Assembly (NCBI GenBank): GCA_964636085.1
Contig: CAZWPQ010000012.1
Location: 1-14,990, forward strand
Length of the DNA: 14,990 nucleotides
Reading direction: 5' to 3'
From: an uncultured Nitrososphaerota archaeon
GTDB lineage: Archaea > Asgardarchaeota > Njordarchaeia > Njordarchaeales > Panguiarchaeaceae
Shown here: positions 1 through 7,204 of the stretch, piece after piece
How the letters are laid out: the number at the start of each line of letters is the position of its first letter
Numbering within the stretch: the stretch's first letter is position 1
Notes under the pieces: model-generated
Database searches by the model: none
Told to the model about the DNA's origin: nothing
Seen by the model: the letters and a program-made list of their open reading frames with translations, nothing else
Program-made: the position numbers and the translations under genes

Positions 1-492
1 GTTATACATTTTGAACCAATAAGCGGTAATTATCTCAAAATCATTGTTTTTCCGAAGGGTGGGGGGTCGAGTTATGTCGCAAAACTATATTCGATACCCC
101 CCGCGAGGGGTTTAAATGGCGTGATTGAGGTTGCTACAAAAGCTGTTTATGATGCGGGCCCCAAGCCATGCCCCCCAACATTTATGGGAATTGGTATAGG
201 AGGAACTGAGGACTTGGCGCTCTTTCTGGCGAAAAGTGCATTGATTGAAAGAATGAATGAAAATAGTGGCAATGATACCATAGCGAAGTTGGAGAGGAAA
301 ATTGTAGAGAATGCTAATAGCCTCGGCATAGGACCAATGGGCCTAGGTGGTAAGTGGACGGTATTTAACGCTAGGATAAAATGGGCATGTAGGCACCCAG
401 CAACATTTTTAGTTGGTATTGTATTTAACTGCTGGGCATTGAGAAGATCATTTCTCGAATATAGAGATGGAGAATTTTTAGTTTATCAGTGA
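1..492 (+). CDS. Fe-S hydro-lyase (class I fumarate hydratase / L-tartrate dehydratase) alpha subunit, 5'-truncated by window edge
   Basis: Frame is open from base 1 (VIHFEPISGNYLKIIVFPKGGGSSY...) into the listed 121..492 ORF. Family motifs PKGGGS, PCPP, GIGIGGT, LGIGPMGLGG, RHPA and CWA.RR are present, and the beta subunit follows. Confidence 0.92.
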   Translation, partial: VIHFEPISGNYLKIIVFPKGGGSSYVAKLYSIPPARGLNGVIEVATKAVYDAGPKPCPPTFMGIGIGGTEDLALFLAKSALIERMNENSGNDTIAKLERKIVENANSLGIGPMGLGGKWTVFNARIKWACRHPATFLVGIVFNCWALRRSFLEYRDGEFLVYQ

Positions 493-506
493 AGGAGGTG
501 ATATGT

Positions 507-1097
507 ATGGCTGAATATCACTTAAAGACGCCTCTCTCAGAGGCAGAGGTGAGAAAATTAAGAGTAGGAGACGTTGTATATGTCTCAGGTCTAATATTTT
601 CCGCTAGGGACTCGGCACATAGAAAAATGCTTAAAATTGCAAGTGAGGGAAAAGAATTACCATTCGATCCGAAGGGCCTATTGGTATATCATGTAGGCCC
701 TGTAGTTAAGAAACATAATGATAGATGGAGAGTTATAGCTGCAGGTCCAACAACATCCGCACGTATGGAATCCCTAGAGCCCGAATTTATAAGGCAATTT
801 GGAGTTCGGGGGATAATCGGCAAGGGCGGTATGTTTGAGAAAACAACACATGCATGTAAAGAATATGGAGCCTTCTATGGAGCTTTCGTTGGTGGTTGTG
901 CTGTACTTGCGGCTAGGGCTATAGAGGAGGTGGAGGCGGTCTATTGGCTAGATGAACTGGGTATCCCAGAGGCAGTATGGCTGTTTAGGGCAAATAAGTT
1001 TGGCCCTCTTATAGTGGCGATAGACTCGCATGGGAATAACATGTTTTTGGAGGTCTTAAACAAGGCAAAAGCAAGGCTTGAAGAATTGCTAGGGTAA
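507..1097 (+). CDS. Fe-S hydro-lyase (fumarate hydratase / tartrate dehydratase) beta subunit
   Basis: Motifs LRVGDVVYVSG, ARDSAH, HVGP, AGPTTSARM, IGKGGM, LGIPEAVW, FGPLIVAIDSHG. ATG 507 is preferred over GTG 489 because SD GGAGGTGA lies at 494-501. Confidence 0.93.
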   Translation: MAEYHLKTPLSEAEVRKLRVGDVVYVSGLIFSARDSAHRKMLKIASEGKELPFDPKGLLVYHVGPVVKKHNDRWRVIAAGPTTSARMESLEPEFIRQFGVRGIIGKGGMFEKTTHACKEYGAFYGAFVGGCAVLAARAIEEVEAVYWLDELGIPEAVWLFRANKFGPLIVAIDSHGNNMFLEVLNKAKARLEELLG

Positions 1098-1103
1098 TTT
1101 TTT
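1098..1103 (+). terminator. Possible archaeal oligo-T terminator
   Basis: T6 immediately after the TAA stop of the beta subunit gene. Confidence 0.35.
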
Positions 1104-1174
1104 AATAAATCCCAAAAGGAGATATTAAGATATTATAGTGGTTTTTTACCCTATTTTTATGATGGGGGATAGTT

Positions 1175-1570
1175 TTGAGCGAGGATGAGGACTCTAAACT
1201 GACAGAGTTCGCTAAGAAGCATAATGTGGTTATGGCTAAGAGCTCTAAAATGGATGAGAAAACAACAATATATGTATTGACATCCAAGGAGTTGGATTCT
1301 AAGGACAAAAGTGATTTGGAGAAGGATTTCATGCAGTGCTTTGACCCATCCAAATTTGACTTGCTGTTCATTAGGGATCTTCATCCCTCACAGCTTAAGC
1401 GTGTCTTAGAGGAGTATAAGACCATATATATTGATGATCAAGATCTATGCGATGCTATTCTTGCGGCTATCCTAACGCTTGGTCATGATTTTAAGTATTT
1501 TGTCAATGAGAAAATGAGTATAACAATAAAGAAAAAGCTGAAGGAGATATTGTCTGGTTATAGTGCATAG
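1175..1570 (+). CDS. Degenerate minimal nucleotidyltransferase (MNT/MntA)-like protein lacking the GS-x10-DxD motif
   Basis: TTG start with GGGGGA SD at 1164-1169. Size and pattern (KKHNVV...IYVL...KFDLLFIRDLHP..LKRVLEE..TIY...DFK) resemble the MNT scaffold, and the gene is directly upstream of a DUF86/HEPN-like gene. Confidence 0.55.
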   Translation: MSEDEDSKLTEFAKKHNVVMAKSSKMDEKTTIYVLTSKELDSKDKSDLEKDFMQCFDPSKFDLLFIRDLHPSQLKRVLEEYKTIYIDDQDLCDAILAAILTLGHDFKYFVNEKMSITIKKKLKEILSGYSA

Positions 1571-1580
1571 TTGGGTGGAA

Positions 1581-2012
1581 ATGAGAATGAGCATAGAAGA
1601 ACTAGAATATATGAAGACCAGCCATAAAGTTGTAGATAACTCCCTAATAATGATAAATGACATGCTCAAATTGAAGTTAGAGGATATAGAGAAGGATAGT
1701 GATGCCAAATATGCCTTGTACGGGGCCGTATTTTTCTTCGTCCAGGGGCTCATGGATATATCGAATTATCTGATGATTATGAGGGATCTTACACCAACAA
1801 ACTACAGGGATATTTTCGGTATTATGATTCGGATGAAAATGATTGATGAGAAATACAGCAATATCGTTAACATGCTTGTGGACATTAGAAACAAGCTATT
1901 ATTTTTATACGATACCCCAGACATAGGATATCTTTATGACTTCGTGAAGAATAATATAGAACTCCTGAACGAGTTATATCATGATATCTTAAAGCTCATG
2001 AGAGAGATATAG
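1581..2012 (+). CDS. HEPN/DUF86 (HepT)-like protein with the catalytic His replaced
   Basis: All-helical DUF86 pattern: A....FFFVQGLMDISNYL...P.NYRDIF..M....IDE...MLVDIRNKLLFLYD..D...LY. R-x4-H is altered to R-x4-F. Start could be GTG 1563 or ATG 1581/1587. Confidence 0.75.
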   Translation: MRMSIEELEYMKTSHKVVDNSLIMINDMLKLKLEDIEKDSDAKYALYGAVFFFVQGLMDISNYLMIMRDLTPTNYRDIFGIMIRMKMIDEKYSNIVNMLVDIRNKLLFLYDTPDIGYLYDFVKNNIELLNELYHDILKLMREI

Positions 2013-2024
2013 CGGGGGATTACC

Positions 2025-2297
2025 ATGACGCAGAAAAAGCTAAACACATGGGAAAAGCCCTTGAGAATAAAGATACTGGAAATATTGGAGCAGAGAGGCG
2101 GCAGGATCACGGAAAAGGAACTAATAGCCAGACTCAAACAAGAATACACTGACATACCGACAAAAGAGGTATATGCAGAACTAATGCATCTTGAGATAAA
2201 CCGGTTGGTGTATGTTGACTCCACTACACCAGCAAATAAGGTGATAGAACTACTCAGGGGCGAAAAGTGGTTTAAGGCTATGGGGGCTACAGAATAG
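2025..2297 (+). CDS. Small winged helix-turn-helix protein
   Basis: SD GGGGGA precedes the ATG. Pattern PLRIKILEILEQRGG-ITEKELIARLK-helix-LMHLEINRLVYV-wing-VIEL fits a wHTH fold. Confidence 0.7.
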   Translation: MTQKKLNTWEKPLRIKILEILEQRGGRITEKELIARLKQEYTDIPTKEVYAELMHLEINRLVYVDSTTPANKVIELLRGEKWFKAMGATE

Positions 2298-2315
2298 GAC
2301 TCGATGTGGTTTATA

Positions 2316-3320
2316 ATGTCACTTCCATTAGGAAAAGTGTCCATAAAAATCCTGAGAAAAATTCTAGGCTATGTGAAAACAGATACTAGTGTAATTGTTA
2401 CACCTGGAGTTGGGATAGACGCGGCGATAGTATCGGTGGGTGAAGAATTGATAGTATCGGCTTGCGATCCCATAACTGGTGCATCGAGAGAAGTGGGTTG
2501 GCTCTCTGTGCATGTGAACGCTAATGATATTGCTGTATGTGCGGCATATCCAAGGTGGTATGTCGTGACGCTACTTTTGCCACCCCGTATTAGGGAGGAG
2601 GACATATATGATGTTATGGAGGGGATAAATAATGCATTGTCTGAGATTGGGGCTAATTTGATATCTGGACATACCGAAGTCACTAACAAAGTAACCGATA
2701 CAATCGTTGTCGGTACAATGATTGGCATCCCTATGGTTAAAGGCAAGTACGTTACCAATAGAGGTGCAAGAGATGGAGATTACATTATAATGACGAAGGG
2801 CGCAGGTATTGAGGGTACCTGGATTCTGGCCGAATCCTTGGGCAAGGAGCGGGGGCTTAGTGAGAGTGAAATAAGGAGGATTAGGGCGCTTAAGAACAAG
2901 ATTAGTGTGCTTCCAGATGTTAAAGTACTTATGGAGATCGGAGTGGATAATATACATGCAATGCACGACGCCACGGAGGGAGGTGTTCTAGGTGCCTTGT
3001 ACGAAATGGCAGAGGCGTCTGATGTCGGGTTTAGGGTATACGAAGACAAAATTATTGTTCGTGAGGAAACCAAGAAGATTGCGAGCTTGTTTAGTTTGGA
3101 TCCATTGAAATTAATATCTTCAGGCACTCTCATAGCCGCAATTGATGGGGATTTTGTTGATAAGGCCATTAATTTGCTTAGGAAGGGGGGCATTGATGCT
3201 TGTGTTATAGGGGAGATAACAAAGGGAAATAGGGAAATCATTAAGGATGATGGAAGCGTCGTAATTTTAAGGGAACCACCAATAGATGAATTATGGAGGA
3301 TTTTGGGGTCATCACAATGA
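2316..3320 (+). CDS. AIR synthase-related (PurM/HypE-like) ATP-dependent enzyme, function unknown
   Basis: Motifs LPLGKV, PGVGIDAA, DPITGA, VHVNANDIA, GHTEVT, TKGAGIEGT, MHDATEGG, DPLKLISSG. Start is ATG 2304 or 2316. Confidence 0.9.
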   Translation: MSLPLGKVSIKILRKILGYVKTDTSVIVTPGVGIDAAIVSVGEELIVSACDPITGASREVGWLSVHVNANDIAVCAAYPRWYVVTLLLPPRIREEDIYDVMEGINNALSEIGANLISGHTEVTNKVTDTIVVGTMIGIPMVKGKYVTNRGARDGDYIIMTKGAGIEGTWILAESLGKERGLSESEIRRIRALKNKISVLPDVKVLMEIGVDNIHAMHDATEGGVLGALYEMAEASDVGFRVYEDKIIVREETKKIASLFSLDPLKLISSGTLIAAIDGDFVDKAINLLRKGGIDACVIGEITKGNREIIKDDGSVVILREPPIDELWRILGSSQ

Positions 3321-4537
3321 TAGCGATGATAGGTCTCGCTTCACGAATGCAGTCTGGGAGAGCGCATGAAATATATAGTAGCTATAAGGAGGTGTTTGCT
3401 CCAATAATAGATATAGACCATGGGCTTGTATGTTCTTCTGATGAATTTGAGGAAAAACTCAAGGAGCTGGCCAGGTGTAGTATAATAATTGTGGCTGTGA
3501 TAACTGGTGGGACAAAAAGATTTATTGTTCGTCTTGGGGGGCTAGGTAGTTATGTAATATTGCTGAGCCATAACACACAAAATGCTTTAGCGTCTGTGCT
3601 ACATGCATTATATATTTTATCCAAAGGCGATCATGGCAGGATAATACATATCCATGGGGGACCAGAGAAAATAGCGGGAGAGGCCGTATGTATAATTGAG
3701 GGGATTAAAAATATAGAATCACTGCGAGGAAAAAAGATATTGCTGATAGGTGTGGATGAGGAATATATCGATAAAGAAAGATACGATATGAAAATGCTGA
3801 AAAAAATATTTGGCATAACTGTCGAAACAATAAATTTAGAAAAGTTTTATGAGATCTATTCGTCAGAGCATTGGCCCAGTGAGAGTCGGTGCAAAGTGGT
3901 AGATATCCCAAAAAAAGATGTTAATGACGAATCTATTAAACAGTCATTGCGCTTGTATAGGTCAATAAAGAAACTTCTAGATGGGTATTGTGGTGGAGGC
4001 ATTCGATGTTTTCCGATGATATCGAAAGTGAATGTTACTCCATGTATCGCTGTATCAAAGCTTATAGATGAGGACATTATAGTTTCTTGTGAAGCAGATT
4101 TACCATCGCTTATAACGATGCTTGTCGTAAGGAATATCACTAAAAGGAAACCATTCATGGCCAATGTTGAAGATGTTGGTGAGAACAGAATAATTATTGC
4201 ACACTGTACAATAGCTCTATCTATGGTTAAATCCGCTCTCCTTAGAACGCATTTTGAGTCTGGATATGGCGTAGCAATACAAGGAAAACTTAGAAAGGGA
4301 GAGGTAACATTAGTAAAAATATCCCCTGACTTCTCCAAGGTTTTCATAACCGAAGGCAAAATAGTGAAGGGAGAGAATTTTTCGGAAGACTTCTGCAGGA
4401 CGCAAGCAATAGTAGAGGTATATGAGGGCTTCGATAAATTTATGACAGGCGAATATGGACACCATATAATTATGGTCTATGGCCGATATAAGAGCGTCTT
4501 ATCAAAAATTTTTAAAGCATTGGGTCTAAAGCTATAG
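3317..4537 (+). CDS. L-fucose/L-arabinose isomerase-related protein
   Basis: Motifs TGGT, RCFP, TPCIAVS, SCEAD, AHCT, THFESG.GVAIQG, CRTQ, GHH...VYG. ATG 3317 overlaps the upstream stop (ATGA). Confidence 0.82.
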   Translation: MIAMIGLASRMQSGRAHEIYSSYKEVFAPIIDIDHGLVCSSDEFEEKLKELARCSIIIVAVITGGTKRFIVRLGGLGSYVILLSHNTQNALASVLHALYILSKGDHGRIIHIHGGPEKIAGEAVCIIEGIKNIESLRGKKILLIGVDEEYIDKERYDMKMLKKIFGITVETINLEKFYEIYSSEHWPSESRCKVVDIPKKDVNDESIKQSLRLYRSIKKLLDGYCGGGIRCFPMISKVNVTPCIAVSKLIDEDIIVSCEADLPSLITMLVVRNITKRKPFMANVEDVGENRIIIAHCTIALSMVKSALLRTHFESGYGVAIQGKLRKGEVTLVKISPDFSKVFITEGKIVKGENFSEDFCRTQAIVEVYEGFDKFMTGEYGHHIIMVYGRYKSVLSKIFKALGLKL

Positions 4538-4565
4538 AAGCACGCACATTATGCATCCGTAAGAG

Positions 4566-5411
4566 CTACGATTCTATTGATAATTGTATTCCTATCTCCC
4601 TCAACAATATTGCTGTGGTTATCGATGATATGTCGAACGGACTTTGAGGAACGACCTCAGTGACATCAACGATTCTTGCCCCTATCCCGGGTATCATCAT
4701 AAGGAAGTCTCTTATGTTATATCCCATCGGCTCTGGGCACGATACCTCAGGGACATATGCAGGATCAAAGAAGTCCATATCTATCGATAAGTAGTCCGCA
4801 CTTCTAATTTCTTTCTTAAGGATGCTCGGGTCGTCATAAACATCGAGGATTGTATAGTACCTAACACCAAACTCTTCCAAATCCATAATGTTTTGTTTAG
4901 AAAAGGATCTTATCCCTATTATTGTTATTCTATCAAATCCAATTGTCTCGCCTATACGTCTAGCAACGCAAGCGTGTGAAAATTTATTACCCTCATAATT
5001 CTCATAGAAATCTGGATGGGCGTCAAGTTGTACGTATTTTTTGATTCTTTCAGCGAAAGTATTTACAACCATAATTGAAATTGTATGCTCTCCTCCAAGG
5101 AGCAGATATTTCTGGGCGTTAATGGAGCCTAGTACGTTTTTGACACGTTTTAAAGTCTCTCCGAAATCCCCAAAAGATACATTTATGTTACCCCAATCAC
5201 TAATATCGCATTCACGTATGTCTCTTCTATACAACATACTGAATTCTTCTAAGAATTCTGACGACTGTCTAATATACCAAGGTGCAAAGCGTGATCCTGC
5301 TCTACAGGTGTTTCCGGCATCATATGGAATACCAAGGAAGGCGACTTTAGAAGTATACATCGCCTTGATGGAGAACAGTGTTTTGGTTGGTTGAAGTGTA
5401 TAAGTGATCAT
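4566..5411 (-). CDS. speB: Agmatinase / aminopropylagmatine ureohydrolase (arginase family)
   Basis: Motifs GIPYD, GSRFAP..IR, GGEHT, DAHPD, SHAC, SIDMDFFDP, PEP.G, EVVP. SD AGAGGA precedes ATG 5411. Lies in a polyamine gene cluster. Confidence 0.9.
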   Translation of the reverse strand: MITYTLQPTKTLFSIKAMYTSKVAFLGIPYDAGNTCRAGSRFAPWYIRQSSEFLEEFSMLYRRDIRECDISDWGNINVSFGDFGETLKRVKNVLGSINAQKYLLLGGEHTISIMVVNTFAERIKKYVQLDAHPDFYENYEGNKFSHACVARRIGETIGFDRITIIGIRSFSKQNIMDLEEFGVRYYTILDVYDDPSILKKEIRSADYLSIDMDFFDPAYVPEVSCPEPMGYNIRDFLMMIPGIGARIVDVTEVVPQSPFDISSITTAILLREIGIQLSIES

Positions 5412-5553
5412 GTTATTCCTCTCTTATTTTTTATAAAAAAGATCTATTAGCAGGATTTCGGTGGTGGCATTCCTATACATGAGACAAAAACAATTCTTTA
5501 AAAGAATAAAAAAACAAATATAGTATAGCCTTAAAGAGGTGGGGGTGTTGAAA
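5412..5553. promoter_or_regulatory. Divergent promoter region between speB and speD
   Basis: AT-rich intergenic region between divergent genes. A perfect 14-bp palindrome TTTTTTATAAAAAA at 5427-5440 is TATA-like on both strands, and TTTAAAA lies near 5497-5503. Confidence 0.5.
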
Positions 5554-5913
5554 ATGTTGGGCAAGCACATAATTCTAGAACTCCATGGAGTCGACAGAGA
5601 TATACTAAATAACAAAGAGCTCCTAGAGAAGATACTTAGAGAAGCGGCAATAAAGGCGGGTGGTAGAATACTGGGATCATTTTTCCACGAGTTTAACCCC
5701 CATGGTGTTACTGGGATAATTGCTATTGCAGAGTCTCATCTATCCATACATACTTGGCCTGAGTTTAATTATGCTGCTATAGACATATTTACATGTCGGG
5801 GGATATCCCCAGAGAAAGCGGCCGAATATATCATAGAGATGCTGAAACCAGATAAGCACTTCACAATAACACTTTCGAGGGGGGAACCCTACAAAGAAAT
5901 AACAAGATCTTGA
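5554..5913 (+). CDS. speD: Pyruvoyl-dependent S-adenosylmethionine decarboxylase proenzyme (class 1B); an arginine decarboxylase paralog is not excluded
   Basis: Motifs LGKHIILEL, F.PHGVTG, AESHLSIHTWPE (E|S autocleavage site), DIFTC. Lies next to speB and bpsA. Start is ATG 5554 (or GTG 5539). Confidence 0.9.
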   Translation: MLGKHIILELHGVDRDILNNKELLEKILREAAIKAGGRILGSFFHEFNPHGVTGIIAIAESHLSIHTWPEFNYAAIDIFTCRGISPEKAAEYIIEMLKPDKHFTITLSRGEPYKEITRS

Positions 5914-5915
5914 TT

Positions 5916-5979
5916 TTGGCCCCGGGGGCTATTGCTCTCGGTTCCCCGGGGTCAGGAGGCGTATGGGCGCTCTGCGCCA
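5916..5979 (+). ncRNA. Candidate structured cis-RNA element (two hairpins) between speD and bpsA
   Basis: 45 of 64 nt are G/C in an AT-rich genome. A 13-bp stem (5916-5928 with 5943-5955) has three G-U pairs that form only on the + strand. A second stem GGCGC-TCT-GCGCC lies at 5966-5978. Confidence 0.5.
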
Positions 5980-6097
5980 AGAAGGTTTTATCCCTTTCTA
6001 TTTTTTATCAGAAAGAAAAATTGGTTTTCTCTGGCAAATATAAAGACTATTTTTTCACACTATTCACAGGTTGTTATTTGTATACTTGGGGATCATA

Positions 6098-7180
6098 ATG
6101 CCGAATGAATATAATACATTGGTCGTTAGTATCGCTGAAAAAGTGGAAGAAAGCACTGGTATCCCGGCCTATCCTAGAACTGTGCTGAATGTGTTAAATG
6201 CTATCAGGTTTGCTGATGATATATTTTGGATAAGTAGGTATTCACGGGAGGCATTCAATCTAGTTGTGGCGATAATTAAGGAGCTAAAAAATAGGGGGTT
6301 TGTGTCGTATGATAATGGAAGGGCAGTGCTTACCCCCAAGGGCGAGAATTTACTCTCAAGCATAGGCTATGAGGCAAAAATTATTCATTGTGATAAGTGC
6401 AAGGGCAGAAGAGTTCTAAATGATTTAATATCTAGCGGCGTTATAGAGGAATTTTTGAAAATACAGAAGGAAAGGCCACAGCCAATTAGAAAGTATGATC
6501 AAGGCTACGTGACCCCTGAGACTACATTGGCGAGAGTTGCATATATGTATTACAGGGGAGATCTCAAAGGTAGGGATATAATAATGTTGGGAGATGATGA
6601 TTTAGTATCGATAGCCGTGGGGCTAACTGGCTATGCGAGGAGGGTTGCTGTTGTGGATATAGATGATAGACTTACAAAATTTATAGCGAAAGTCTCGAGG
6701 GATTATGGTTTGAATATAGAAATATTAACCATGGATCTTAGAAAGCCTCTCCCAGATGATGTTGCTGGGCAATATGATGTCTTCCAGACAGATCCTCTTG
6801 AAACTGTCAAAGGCTTCAGGGCCTTCGTTGGAAGAGGCATAGCAACACTCAAAGGACCGAGATGCGCAGGTTATTTCTACTTAACATTGGTTGATTCTTC
6901 GTTGGATAAGTGGAGAGAGATTCAGAATATACTGGTGCATGAATTTCGTGTAGTTATTACTGATATCATCCCCGATTTTTCGGAATATATAAACTGGGGA
7001 TATTTTGAGGAAATGCATGGCTGGCAAATATTGCCTCAAGAATTGAGGATAAGGCCAAAGGATGGTTGGTATACATCGACAATGTTTAGGGTCGAGACAC
7101 TGAGAGGAAGTAGAGGATTTATGGATGAAATACCGAGTGATGAAGACATATACGAGGATGAGGAATTGGCATCTGCATGA
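6098..7180 (+). CDS. bpsA: N4-bis(aminopropyl)spermidine synthase (branched-chain polyamine synthase, DUF43)
   Basis: N-terminal wHTH-like region with CxxCxG, plus YDQGYVTPETTLARV, RGDL.G, LGDDDLVSIA, DIDDRL, TDPLET and YTST. ATG 6098 has SD GGGGA at 6088-6092. Confidence 0.93.
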   Translation: MPNEYNTLVVSIAEKVEESTGIPAYPRTVLNVLNAIRFADDIFWISRYSREAFNLVVAIIKELKNRGFVSYDNGRAVLTPKGENLLSSIGYEAKIIHCDKCKGRRVLNDLISSGVIEEFLKIQKERPQPIRKYDQGYVTPETTLARVAYMYYRGDLKGRDIIMLGDDDLVSIAVGLTGYARRVAVVDIDDRLTKFIAKVSRDYGLNIEILTMDLRKPLPDDVAGQYDVFQTDPLETVKGFRAFVGRGIATLKGPRCAGYFYLTLVDSSLDKWREIQNILVHEFRVVITDIIPDFSEYINWGYFEEMHGWQILPQELRIRPKDGWYTSTMFRVETLRGSRGFMDEIPSDEDIYEDEELASA

Positions 7181-7204
7181 TATGTATCCCGTTCTGGGAG
7201 CCCT

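Noticed and set aside
2316-3320. Calling this gene hypE, thiL or selD
   Set aside because: It lacks the HypE C-terminal PRIC and the SelD N-terminal Cys/Sec-x-x-Lys motif, and nothing specifically supports ThiL. Only the PurM-like superfamily is supported.
5911-5980. speD TGA plus hairpin read as a selenocysteine/SECIS site, or the GC island read as a tRNA or tRNA half
   Set aside because: The AdoMetDC domain is already complete before the TGA and the readthrough peptide (to 6108) is not protein-like. There is no GTTCRA T-loop, cloverleaf or recognisable SECIS core.
5908-6043. +1 frameshift producing a SpeD-BpsA fusion
   Set aside because: The +1 frame is the bpsA frame but hits TAA at 6041-6043 before reaching bpsA.
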